Positions 52,312-64,000 of a DNA stretch of 64,000 nucleotides are shown here, piece after piece (positions within the stretch are counted from its first letter, which is position 1; each line of letters opens with the position of its first letter). The notes beneath the pieces are model-generated. The model saw only the letters and a list, made by a program, of their open reading frames with translations. It was not told the DNA's origin and made no database searches. Location: NCBI GenBank assembly GCA_964016885.1, contig OZ024744.1, forward strand, positions 54,808,001 to 54,872,000, given 5' to 3'. The stretch comes from Eledone cirrhosa (Eukaryota). The position numbers were made by a program, and so were the translations under genes.

Positions 52312-52537
52312 TGGTGGATTGGTAGTATCGGTAGAGCGTCGGACAATATGGTTTACGGCATAGAGTTTACGTTCAGAGTTCAAATCCCGCCGAGGTTACC
52401 TCTGCCTGTCATCCTTACGCGGTCGATAAGATAAAATACCAGTAACACACTGGGGGTCGATATAATCGACTTTCACCTCCCCAAAATTGCTTGCCTTGTG
52501 CCTATAGTAGAAATCATTATTATTATTATTATTATTG
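52312..52537 (+). mobile_element. tRNA-derived SINE (longer subfamily) with (ATT)n tail
   Basis: gagttcaaatcccgccgagg...ggggtcgatataatcgact..ccaaaattgc...gtagaaatcattatt. Confidence 0.9.
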
Positions 52538-53116
52538 GTCTGTTCGAACGTCTTTTTGCTCGCTCCCAGTAAGTCGCTTTATTTACCTGTTATAATTATT
52601 TGTTGTTTAATTTTTCTTGTTGTATAAGGGATATAAGCCCTTGGACTTTGCCCTGTGAAGGGGAAAGTATAATATTTGGGCTTTTTGGCCCAAATATTTG
52701 AATAATATTTGAACATTTTACTTTTAAAAATAAAAAAAAAACATGGCTGAGCCACGCCCCCCAGCAATATGTCTGCTGTCGTGTGACAACGGCGTAAAAG
52801 TTGAGAGGAGGGTTACAGAAATTGATACAACAAACACCACTACAAACAACGTAAACAAAGACAACACCGAGAAAACTAATTTTTTTAAAAATTACCACAC
52901 CAACTACAACAATAATAATAGCGACAACCAAAATACAGACAACAGACAAAAACGACAACAAATGCAACAATGACTAATAAGAAAATAAACAACGACACCA
53001 ACAGCAACAATACAAATTGCACCGAAAACAACAACAACGGTGGCACGAAAAACACAACCAACTACAACAGTGACAACAGCAACTACACCAACATCACCGT
53101 TTGTAGCAACAGCAAC
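52538..53116 (+). mobile_element. Tx1-like 5' UTR and Asn/Thr-rich ORF1 start
   Basis: ttgggctttttggcccaaatattt...aaaaaaaaaacATGGCT parallels copy D (ttggggttttgtgcccaatattt...aaaaaaaaacATGGCT at 26699). Confidence 0.65.
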
Positions 53117-54600
53117 AGCCGTGCGTATGATCGTGTGTGGAGAACAAGACTGCTGCAAGATATGATGACGCTTAGCATTCCTCTGCCTTTCGTCGAGTGG
53201 TTATCCGCCTGGTTTACAAACCGTATAGCAAGAGTCCGAATTAATGGGACCACTGGTCGCAGTCGCGTGTTTAAAGAAGGGCTACCGCAAGGTTCCGTCA
53301 TTTCACCAATGCTTTTCACAATCTTCATAAATGGTCTACTCGATCAATTCGACAACACAACCCATGTCAGCAGCGCATACGCCAATGATCTTGCTATCGC
53401 GTGCTGCGGTAAGAAAAAGGAGGAAATAGCGCAACGGTTACAAAAGGAAGTGGATAAAGTGATAGCATGGAGTAAAGAAGTTAAACTCCCACTTAACACA
53501 TTAAAATGCGAGTCAACCTTCTTTGGAACATCCAGTGCAGAAGCGAGGTGGCAACCAAATATTACTATTGACGGGGTAAGACTGTCCTTTAACCCTAATC
53601 CCGTCTTTTTGGGCGTCCGTCACATATGATAGGACACTTTCCTTTGGGGAACATGTTAAAAAGATCTGCCAAAAACTTCAACAGCCGTCAACATCCTGAG
53701 CACCCTTGGGGGTACCTCCTGGGGATGGCATACCGCAGATCTTCGTCAAGTATACATCGCAGTGCACCGCAGCCTGGCCGAGTACGGTTCGCCAGGCTGG
53801 GCTCCCTGGGTGTCAGCCACTAACATCGGCAAGCTTGAAAGAGCACAACTAGAAGCAGCTCGAGCGATCACTGGACATATACGCACAACATCAACTGAGG
53901 CTGTCCTACTTGAAGCACACCTTCCACCGTTGGAATGCCGCTTTCATGCTCTCTCCCTCTTGAAACAGATGAATGGACACACCTCCCCATCTCCGATCAT
54001 CGAAACCAAGTACTCAATGCTAACGTAAGGCGCCGACTCCGCCGTCTTGATTGGCGATGTAGACATCTACCAGCCCTTGATTGTCTTGGCATACCCTCGA
54101 CAACAGACACCCAACTACCAGATAAGAAGCCGCCGTGGGAATTACCACCACCAATCCCTGCTACCTTTACCCCGGTGAGAAAATCAATGCCAGTAGCACT
54201 ACAACTTAAAGTGGCACTGGATCATCTATCGACACTCCACCCGGTCGACATTTGCGTGTATACAGATGGATCAACATGCGACAGTACAACCAATGGCGGT
54301 GCCGATCTCGTAATCATCCAAAATGAAGAGGTAGCTCACGAGTGGCACACTCCGACGGGCGCTCGTATCAGTTCCTTTCATTCCGAAAGAATTGCATCAA
54401 ACGAGCCCTCCTATGGTTACAGGCAAACACCAGCTGGGAGTCCTCCAATGTCATCTGTCACTGCAAGTCACTGGTTCAAGCAGTCAACAACCCCTTCCCC
54501 TATGACCCTTTCATTACCGAGCTGCAAGGGATCGCTAACAAAATCACAAAGGGGAGAACCTTAGCAGCTGTCTGGATCCCGGGGCACTGCAACATCAAAG
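53117..54600 (+). mobile_element. I-group (ingi/Nimb-like) LINE fragment: RT + RNase H
   Basis: SRAYDRVW, EGLPQGSVISPMLF, SAYANDLAI and PVFLGV. RNase H motifs VYTDGS, SSFHSE and WIPGHCNIKG. Confidence 0.85.
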
Positions 54601-55370
54601 GGCTCACTGCCCTCTACCAGCTGGGCACTAGTATCGGTGGAACATCACCTCGGCGTTCTATAGAGGGCTAGCGGAGGGAAAGAACGACGACGTTCTCGGG
54701 GAGACTCTGGGAGTTGAAGACTATCAGTTGTTCGCTCTCTTCAAGAGAACTTTCAGCCCGGGCCCTATGAACGACTTCCAGACATCCCTAGCCTGGCAGT
54801 GCTACCGGGCAGCGTTGCCGGTTCGGGATAAGCTCTACAGGCACGGAGGTGCTGTCAGCCGAGCCTGTCCGAGATGCGCGCAGGGCGACGAAACCGTCCT
54901 GCACGCACTCGTTCAGTGCCCGACTATTGCTGACTTGTGGAGCTATGTCGAACAGCTGCTGTCGCGTGTAGGACGGATCCGGTTATCGACTGAGTCCATT
55001 GTGCAGATAGCCCCGCCATCCTCCTTTAAAGAGGAGGAGGAGCAGGCAGTTTTCATCTGCCTGGTGGCCATGGCGAAAGAGATTGTGTGGTGGACAAGGT
55101 TGAAAAGGTTAAAGACAGACACTTTCTTCTTCGTCCAATCCCTGATTAACTTTTTCAAGTTTCACTTGAAGAGGAAAATCAGGGTGGAGAGGCAAGTGCT
55201 GCCTTCTAGCAAGTTTGTTGAAAGGTGGGTGAATGTAGCGAGATGGTCCGAGTGAACAGGCTCGCTCTGAGTATGCGCCTGTAGACTGAGGAGTGGAAAA
55301 ACTGAGAGAGGGCACTTGTCAGGGTGGCCATGGGCTCTTTGTGTGGTTTTCGCCACGAGTGACACACACC
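54601..55370 (+). mobile_element. Tx1/L1-clade LINE 3' fragment
   Basis: LTALYQLG..., FSPGPMNDFQTSLAWQCYR and CPRCAQGDETVLHALVQC. The 3' UTR resembles copy C. Confidence 0.92.
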
Positions 55371-56034
55371 ACCAACACCTTCACCAACACCATCATCACC
55401 ACCACCAACAACAACAACAACAACACCACAATCAACAACAACACTACCACCACCAACAACAACAACACCACCACCAACAACACCACCACCACCACCAACA
55501 CCACCACTACCACCACCACCACCAACACTACCACGACCTCAACCAGCAGAACCACCACCACCACCAGCAGAAGCAACACCACCAACACCACCAACAACAC
55601 CACCACCACCAAAATCACCACCACCACCAACAACAACAACACTACCACCACCAACAACAACACCACCACCACCACCACCACCACCACCAACACCACCACC
55701 ACCACCACCACCACCACCAACACCACCACTACCACCACCAACAATGACGACAACCACCACCGCCACCACCAACACTTTCACCAACACCTTCACCGACAAC
55801 AACACCATCAACAACAACAACAACACTACCACCACCACCGCCAACAACAACAACACTACAACCACCACCACTACCACCACCAACAACAACACCACCACCA
55901 TCACCAACAACAACAACACTACCACCACCACCAAAGCTACCACCACCAACGCTACCACTACCACCACCAACAACAACAACACCAACAACACCAACAACAC
56001 TAACAACACCAACACCACCACCACTACCACTACC

Positions 56035-56065
<31 letters not shown>

Positions 56066-56402
56066 CCAACAACACTAACAACACCAACAACACCACCATC
56101 ACCACCACCACCACCACCAAGTGGGTAGTGGTGGTGGTGGTGGTGGTCGTCGTCGTGGTGGTGATGGTGGTAGTGGTGGTCGTGAGGGTGGTGGTTGTGA
56201 GGGTGATGGTTGTGGTGGTGGTAGTGGTGGTAATGGTGGTGGTGGTGGTAGTGGTGGTGGTGATGGTAGTGGTGGTGATGGTGGTGTTGCTGCTCGTGGT
56301 GGTGGAGGTGTTGTTGTTGGGGGTGTTGTTGTTGTTGTTGATGTTGTTAGGGGTGCTGTCTTTGTTAGGGGTGTTGGTTGTGTTGTTGTTGATGATGATG
56401 TT
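55370..56402. repeat. (ACC/AAC)n microsatellite switching to its complement (GGT/GTT)n at ~56120
   Basis: C-rich 55370-56119, G-rich 56120-56402. Confidence 0.93.
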
Positions 56403-57117
56403 GTCGTGCAGTCCAATAAATCAAATCTAACTTAAACATGACCATCCAGTTTTAATGATGTATTGAAGAAGAAGAAGAAGAAGGTTTTCCAATAATTTTG
56501 GAAATATTCAATGGAGGGATTTACCAATATAACCAACTTTCTTACTATTTAGCCGGTGTTTGGGAGATAACTTCTCAAAGGTTTCTACAAGATAAATATA
56601 AACACTTTTAAAACAACCAACCTTGTATTGTAGAACCGGGATTGGTTTGGTATCAAAAGGGTTTAAAATAAATATAAATAATGTATTGATTTATTTTAAG
56701 ATATATGACTACCACCCGACCTATTAGTGCTTTAGTGATGATGGTTTTGGTGGTGGGCATCTATTCTGTTTCGAACAGTCAAGCTAGGTCTCCCGGTTTG
56801 AGGATACATTCTACTCTCCCTCCGTTTCACCAATCTCTGCTACCCTGAAAAGGGTCATTACATTACCACTACCCACCCCACCCCTTCCTCTGATTAAACA
56901 GTAAAAGAAAAAGTTGATTTTAACTCGTTTAGGCGACATAACACAAATGACCAATGAAATCAAAATTAAGACCCACCCACTTTACAGGTACTAATAGGGT
57001 AAACTTCATCAGGCCACATCACCCTAAATATCTGGTTTCTATCGGGTTGTGGCTACCAGATAAATTAATACCATATTCTGTAGTGCATTAAATACTTAAT
57101 CCTATTAAATACTTAAT

Positions 57118-57651
57118 CAAGCAAGTTGAGGATTTTAAGTATCGTGGGTCCTTGATCATGGACTCTGAGGAGGATTTCGCCACCAGAAAGGCCCAAGCAT
57201 GGTCAGCTCGCAAGAAGATGGATCGAGTTTGGCGCTCAAATCTTTCCAACCACACCAAAATCAGACTTTTCCAAGTAGCAATTCAACCAATCTTACTATA
57301 TGGTAGTTACACCTATACTCGCCTACTTCGATGCAACCAGAACATAAGCTGGCAACATCTGACTTTGAAAGAAATATATGCCGGTTTCCCACGCATATCT
57401 GTCGTTGTATGTAAAAGGAACGTAAGATTTGCAGGCCACTGCCATCGTGCCACCTATGAGGCTGTGTCTCCATCAATGCTTTGGAAACCACAAGCAGTTA
57501 CTAATAACAGGGGTCACAAGCTCTCCTATCCTGATGTCATCTCTAGAGATTCTGGTATAGAAATCCAGGACTTGGCAACGGTAATGAACGACAGACCCAC
57601 GTGGAGATCAATTGTTGAGACCATTTCGGCCGAGGCCGCCGGATGATGATG
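57118..57651 (+). mobile_element. RTE-clade LINE 3' fragment with (GAT)n tail
   Basis: VEDFKYRGS, KAQAWSA, IQPILLYGS, VRFAGHCHR and MNDRPTWRSIV; ends gatgatgatga. Confidence 0.88.
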
Positions 57652-57832
57652 AATCTTATCAGCTAAGAAAAAAGAAATCTTCGTACCGGAGATCTTTTTA
57701 TTGGCGATCTTAGACCACCCAGCATGAGATGTATGGTATAATCTAAATTATAATAAAGTAAGTAACGCGGGACTGCGTACGGTTTATAATTTTTTATCAC
57801 CTTAGTCAAATAAGTTGGATTTCTTTGAATAA

Positions 57833-58018
57833 ATAATTGTTTCTACATTTGGCACAAGGCCAGCAATTACCCCAGTGTATTACTGGTGCTTTATTTTATC
57901 GACCCCGTAAGGTTGAAAGGCAAAGTTAACCTTGGGTGGATTTGAACTCAGACCATAAAGGGACGTAACTCTTTGCTGCAAAGCATGGCGTCCGACCCTC
58001 TACTGATACTGCCAATCT
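57833..58018 (-). mobile_element. tRNA-derived SINE
   Basis: Reverse complement of the SINE family. Confidence 0.92.
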
Positions 58019-58209
58019 CAAAGTAATGAATGAATATTACATAATTTATCTACTAAATTTCGTGGCTGTTCGTTAAATATATTTTATTACCTATTTAAAG
58101 ATTCACTTCTTTAAAATTTTCAAATGTCAACACTTCCGGTTAGTGATCGTTTAAATAAATATTCATATATTTCAGTCACTAATTTTCTCCTAATGCAGCT
58201 TATATATAA

Positions 58210-59274
58210 CTAGCAGAGGTACCCGGCGTTGCTCGGGTATTAAATAGCAGTTGTGTATACCATTTATGTCAATACTTCAGTGCTACTTTGAAAACTATAC
58301 TTTTACAAAATCATCGGCTTTTTCCAAAAGAGGGTTCCTGCCCCCAGGGGTCCCCTACTCAATATGTGTCAGTTCTGAAAATTCACATTCATCTGTAGGA
58401 CAAACGTAGCCCATCTGTCAAGTTTTGTGAAAATCGGTTGCGAACTCCAGAAGTTATAACGTTTTGTTGCATTGCACTGCAGTGCTTCAGTCGACTCCAA
58501 GAAAGTGGTTAAAGGGGGTTATCTGCCGGGAGGCCCTATAATCAATATCTGTAAAAATGAAAGTGCCCATGATCATCCGGAGTACATAAGTAACCTATGT
58601 CTTAAGTTTGGAGAAAATACTGTAGAAATGCATAAGGTTTATACATACGCGTGCGTGTGTGTGTGTGTTTGTGGGTGTGTATGTATTTGTGTGTGCGTAT
58701 GTGTATGTCCATCGGGGCATACGTATGTACTGGCCCAAATCTTCACTATTTACTTTTACTATTTTAATAACCTCTGTCATTTTCGTTTTCAATTTTATTT
58801 ACATCATTCTTAAACTCCGGGACTGCAAATCATTCTGTTATGTTAAATAGAATATTAGTCTAACGACTCCATTTATACCACAAACTTGGTCTTGTCTTTG
58901 CATGAAATTGTTCTTTCTCGCTTCACATAACGACGTATTATGCTCGCTTTTTTTCCCGTTCATTGCCAGGGAACGTCTTCACGAACCAAAATATCGTCTT
59001 CCTGTTTTCCTTCGGTTGGAACGTTTCTCGAAATATTTACTTCTGCGTTCACAGATTACTCTCAATTCAATTTGAATGGAAAATTCCTGTGTCATCGATT
59101 TTCTCCGTAACCATGGAAGCTTGTACCCTAAAAGTCGACCCAACGCCTCTTCGGGTCATTCTGCATAACTGTGTAAATTTTCGCTGCATTCCACCAAGCC
59201 ATTTCGACGTTTATCCGACTACACCTACTTACTTAAATATACAACGTCCGACCACTTCCAATTTATATAGTAGA
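58210..59274 (-). mobile_element. Non-autonomous Helitron
   Basis: Minus-strand 3' end cccgagcaacgccgggtacctctgCTAG|T at 58210. Probable 5' end A|TCTACTATATAAA at 59274. Confidence 0.7.
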
Positions 59275-59769
59275 TATCGTCTTTTTTAATGTATGGATTA
59301 CGTTACTGATTACATAAGACAGTGTAACACAGTCTTCGTTCAATTTCTGTGTATATTGTCAATTACGATTTTATTTGATGTATCATATCTACATGCATAT
59401 ATATTTGCGTATAATATCAATATACACACTACACATGCTAGCAGAAAACCACTCGAAGGTGGTTTTTCTGCTAGTATATTTAATTTTTCCTTACACAACC
59501 CTGACCAACAACAAAATGGAATATACCTAAACTATCCCACCACCCACCCACACACACACATACACGCACACATATAGACACACACACACGTACACATACA
59601 GACACATATACACACACCCACATGCATACACACACACATACACGCACGCACACATACAGACACACACACACACGATATATTCTCAAATCAAGAACAACTA
59701 AAGAGCTTATTATTGAATTGACGCAACATATTGTGTGACAAAGTCAACTCTTTTTAATTGAAGTTTCAG

Positions 59770-60510
59770 ACTAGCTGACAGGCACCCACACAGTTTCTAT
59801 CTACTTATTTTCACTCACAAAACATGTGTCGAACCAGAACCGAACGATTGCAAAGCGAACTTCTTAACCATTCGGCAATACTGTAACCAGGTTCCTACAA
59901 TGCTGTTACTGAGATCTGGTTTGATTCATCAAACTTTTAAATATAGACGTTCCAACTATAGCCACCACGTCTTTTATTCAAACACGGTACACCATGAACT
60001 ACATTACCCAATATGTTTTTCCCTTTTTCAGACAGTAAGGTGTAATTTGAGGAAGAATTGGTTGCTATTTCTAACATGTTGAGTGAATGTAAAAGTGGTC
60101 TCTTGTAAGCTCTACTCATACTATTGTTATTGTTTTCTTTTGTTGCTGTTTTCTTTGTAATAGATACAACATGGCCGAAAGGTTAAGAAGCTCACTTCGC
60201 AATCATCAGGCCTCGGGTTCGATCCCACAACGTGGCATTTTGGGCTAGTGTCATTTACTAATGAGTTAAATTTGGTAGGCAGGATCTGTTTGGAAGCCCA
60301 TCTGATGGAATGCAATTTATAGCTGTAACACAAAGGGTCAGATTTGTCATATACAATGTCATGCTAAATTTCTTTAAGAGTTACCTTAAGGGTACACGTG
60401 CCTTTAGAATGGAATGCGTAGCCACTTACCATTTAATTTCATGAACAAGCTGTTCTAACAATCGAACAAGTGGAACAATGATTGTGATTGTCAAAACCCA
60501 CAGAGACCCA
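59770..60510. mobile_element. Old tRNA-derived SINE fragments of a second family
   Basis: 60171 tggccgaaaggttaagaagc..gggttcgatccca (A/B boxes, +). Minus-strand relic at 59770-59880 (gaacttcttaaccattcggc). Confidence 0.65.
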
Positions 60511-60835
60511 TCGTTCTCTTTTCTTTGTTAAAGAGAAGATTATTTCTAACAAACCAACGTTTATAGCAAATCCCCCCCCCCCACACACACACACACATAC
60601 ACACATACACACATACACACACCCAAAAAACGAGACAAGCGAAGTAGAAACACTAAACCAACCAAGAAATAAATAGAGGAATTAATTATACTCACAAACA
60701 GGAAGTGTGTGGGTGTTAATTAAGTCATGGATGGGTAGACTAACACATGTATATATGAATAATAATTATCAGCTTTGTTAGCTGGTAGTGTGTAAGTTTT
60801 TTGGACTATGGTTTCGCACAATGGGACATATGAAT

Positions 60836-61001
60836 TAGGGTCGGACGCCATGCTTTCCAGCATAGTTACGTCCCTTTTCGATCTGAGTTCAAATCCCGCT
60901 GAGGTTGACTTTGCCTTTCATCCTTGCGGGGTCGATAAAATAAAGTACCAGTAATGTACTGGGTAATTGCTGGCCTTGTGCCAAAGGTAGAAACAATTAT
61001 T
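60836..61001 (+). mobile_element. tRNA-derived SINE (slightly 5'-truncated)
   Basis: gggtcggacgccatgc...gagttcaaatccc...gtagaaacaattatt. Confidence 0.92.
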
Positions 61002-61300
61002 GATGGTGTGTGTGTGTGTAGTGTGCATGTGTGTGTCTATGTTTCTCTATGTGTGCGTGTTATGCTTATATATATATATATGTGTGTGTGTGTATGTATG
61101 TGTATATATATGTGTGTCTGTGTGTGTGTCAATGTCTCTCTCTATGTGTGCATGTTATATTGTGTTTAAATATACGTGAGTATATATATATATTGAGGGC
61201 GACCGGCTAAAGTGGAAGATGCTAGATGGTCGGTCGTCCTCGGGTCTATGATTTTCAGCCCCATGGATTTTATCTGTTACATTCATTTATTATATTTCGA

Positions 61301-61358
61301 ATACCTGATGATATCACCGGATTCATACGGAACCCGGACATTGAAATGATCATAGTAT
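61301..61358 (+). ncRNA. Hammerhead ribozyme in small non-coding element (61193-61550)
   Basis: atac/gtat stem I, CUGAUGA at 61305-11, ccgg...ccgg stem II (imperfect base), GAAA at 61343-46, palindromic UGAUCA, UA. Confidence 0.65.
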
Positions 61359-61669
61359 AATAAACCTTTCAAGGATTTATACAAGTCCAGCCTCCTGTTA
61401 TTTTATTATAATATTTAACTCCGTACTCGCACCACCAGCGACACAAACGAAGACGGTTGAGTTGCTTTACGTTGAGTACTCTCCATATTATTACATCAAG
61501 ATTGACCATACGGAATGATCAGCTCTATCCAGTGGTGAACCTTCAGACCTAAATAAATAAATATATATATATACTAGCAGTGTATCCCGGCGTTGCACGG
61601 GTAAGAACATTGGTAATAGCACATCCAATGAGAAACGTTTATTTGTGAGTGCCTGTAAAAAAATCTCGA

Positions 61670-61900
61670 ACTGGACATGACCACCGACACCCAGAGTTGA
61701 CACTGGGCTCAGTGCTCCCGTGGGAGCCCCTGCATGGACACACTGGAAGAAGAGGAAGACCGAAGTTAACATATGTCGATGCCCTAAGGACAGACACTGG
61801 AGACGCAGGTCATGGCAGCGATAATGAGGGACAGAGACCGCTGTAGAGAACTCGTCCATGGATCTTGGGAATTTTAGCCGCACTTGATAGATAGATAGAT
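61670..61900 (+). mobile_element. RTE-clade LINE 3' end with (GATA)n tail
   Basis: [39 protein letters not shown]. The 3' terminus is duplicated at 62785-62870. Confidence 0.88.
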
Positions 61901-62039
61901 AGATTTTTATGTGTATATTTATATATATGTATATGTGTATATATATATATATATGTATATGTGTTTGCATATGTATGTATATCTATATATATACATATAA
62001 AAGTGAAATTGTCTCTGTGTGTGTATGTCTTCATTTTTG

Positions 62040-62780
62040 CACCGTCAAGGAAGCACCAGAGGTGTCGCAGCTTCAGCGCGTGTTTGCGCATCATCAGCCA
62101 CGGCATGCCCAGCCCTCCACGCAACGGGTGTTGACAGCAGATGGATCGTCTGACCATGGGAGCACGTCCCTTCCATCAAAAGCGGAAGAGAAAGCGCTCC
62201 ATTTTTGTCACAGTTGGGCCAGGGCAAGGCACAACGGTTAGGCAGTAGCAGATGACGGATGCGATGAACGCATTCGCCACTTCTGCCCGACCTTTCAGGG
62301 ACAGCTTCTCGGCCCATTTCTGGGTGAGAGAAGTCACCCTGTTCGTCACCTCGCTCCAGTTTTTCTCCATCTGGAGGTCCGGACCGAACCAGACCCCGAG
62401 CAATTTAACCGATCCTTCCGTCCAGCGCCCCACAACGCTGTCGGGCTGCATGGACTTGCCTCTCCAGGTGCCGAGCTGCAAGCCCACCGACTTTTCCTGG
62501 TTTAACTTTGCTCCTGTCACTGCTTCATATTCCTTGAGAGCGGTGCCGAGCATCTGGACATGTCCGGCGCATCAACGGGCCCGCTCTGAGTATGCGCCTG
62601 TAGACTGAGGAGTGGAAAACTGAGAGAGGGAGCTTGCCCTGGTGGTCAGGGTGACCGTGGTCTTTTGTGTGGTTTTCGCTACGAGTGACCCTTGGAAGTT
62701 TCCCCCCTATTGGGGAATTTTTTAATTTTTTGATATTTCTATCTTCTTGTTATAACCTTTTTTACACAGCCAAAACCCAC
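62040..62780. mobile_element. Tx1 LINE fragment with 5' inversion
   Basis: 62040-62555 (-) encodes RT thumb to GGLG. 62556-62780 (+) is the ORF2 end and 3' UTR. Confidence 0.85.
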
Positions 62781-63026
62781 GCCGGAGAGAACTCGCCCAT
62801 GGATCTTGGGAATTTTACCCGCCCTAGATAGATAGATAGATAGATTTTTATGTGTATATTTGTATATATGTGTATATATATATATGTGTATATATGTTTG
62901 TATATGTATATATATATATATATATACGCGTATATATATGTATGTATGTATATGTGTATATATGTGTGTGTATATGTATACATGTGTATATATATATATG
63001 TATATATATATATATGTATATATATG

Positions 63027-63066
<40 letters not shown>

Positions 63067-63362
63067 TGGCAAAGATAATACGTCAGCAATGACGTATTGG
63101 TCATAATGTCGTTATGCAGACAGGCAGACATATATTATAAGGGCGCGACGGTGATGGATAACCGGTGCCTAACACCCTTTTAACAACAGAAAATTGAAAA
63201 ATAAAAGCTGCAGTTAATATCTTTAGACCGCAAGGAATATATAAATGCAAGTTTGAAGTCAATCGGAGTAGAAATGTGGATTTGTATAGAATTTGCAAAA
63301 ATGAGGGGACACACACAGACAACTACAGTTTTATATATATGTATAGATATATATATACATAC

Positions 63363-63421
<59 letters not shown>

Positions 63422-63872
63422 AACATGAATAATAAGAAAAATATAGAGTTCCACACACATACACACACACAAGTAAATTCGACAAGGAGAAACAATACAA
63501 TACAATGATGGCATATTAGTTTAACGCATGTTATAGTTGGGAGGTAGTCTTAACGTTTCGGAAACTGGTCTTTCATTGGAATATTGAAAAAGAGAGGAGA
63601 GAGTAAGTTTGGGAGAGAGATGAAAAATATCAAAACAGATAGGAGTAAAAATGAAAACGGAGTAAAGGGCAGAGATGAGAGAGGAGAGAAAGCATGTTGT
63701 TATCAGAGAGAGAGAGAGAAAGATAGAGAGAAAGAAAGAGATAGAGAGAAAAAGAGAGAGAGAGAGGTGTATGTATGTGTGTGTGTGTATTCTTTATTAA
63801 GGCCACATTTAAGTCTTATTACTCTGGAATGTCACCCGTGTACTCAGACAAGACTTCAACAAAAGAAGTTTT

Positions 63873-64000
63873 TGCTATTGCAAGATTTTTGCACTTGTCT
63901 TCTTGGACAGGCTTCTCACGCTAGCAGAGGATGTTCTTAAATTTCAATGTCGTTTTCTTCCCTCCAAGGGCCTTGTTGACATGAGTTTTGTTTGCGCATA
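63873..64000 (+). mobile_element. RTE/BovB-like RT fragment (runs off window)
   Basis: A frame not in the ORF track reads KIFALVFLDRLLTLAEDVLKFQCRFLPSKGLVDMSFVC, resembling the RTE consensus KIFARILLNRL..LPESQCGFRP.RGT.DMIF. Confidence 0.7.

Larger units (their letters stand above)
61574..63347 (-). mobile_element. Helitron termini (3' at 61574, 5' at ~63347) enclosing nested RTE and Tx1 fragments
   Basis: cccgtgcaacgccggg...ctgCTAG|T at 61574 and TCTATAC..ATATAAAACTG at 63347. Pairing of the two ends is inferred. Confidence 0.55.

Noticed and set aside
55293-56435. Thr/Asn/His/Gln/Gly-rich ORFs resembling mucin or prion-like proteins
   Set aside because: Pure trinucleotide microsatellite that is open in all frames.

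Overview
Eukaryotic, AT-rich and almost entirely repeat-derived DNA. The tRNA-derived SINE family, (AT)n/(CA)n density and LINE spectrum suggest an octopod cephalopod, but this is recognition from memory, not a database result. No host gene could be supported. The window holds: (i) a head-to-tail cluster of Tx1/L1-clade LINEs at 17.9-31 kb, plus further fragments; (ii) at least six Penelope-like elements (PLEs; RT + GIY-YIG), two flanked by long inverted pLTR copies; (iii) a RepHel Helitron in two complementary halves (14.8-17.4 kb and 31.1-34.6 kb) that overlap by an exact 18 bp, plus many non-autonomous Helitron ends; (iv) RTE, R4/Dong and I/ingi-type (RNase H) LINE fragments, Tigger/pogo-like MITEs and about 10 SINEs. 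The most notable hidden layer is RNA. About 16 hammerhead-ribozyme (HHR) motifs were read by eye, mostly minimal type I with a very short or palindromic stem III. They include a non-coding 689-bp tandem repeat with one HHR per unit (retrozyme-like, candidate circular RNA), a 464-bp partial-tandem HHR unit, fold-back mini-elements and an HHR with an unusual core insertion kept in two copies. Most listed ORFs in microsatellites are artefacts.
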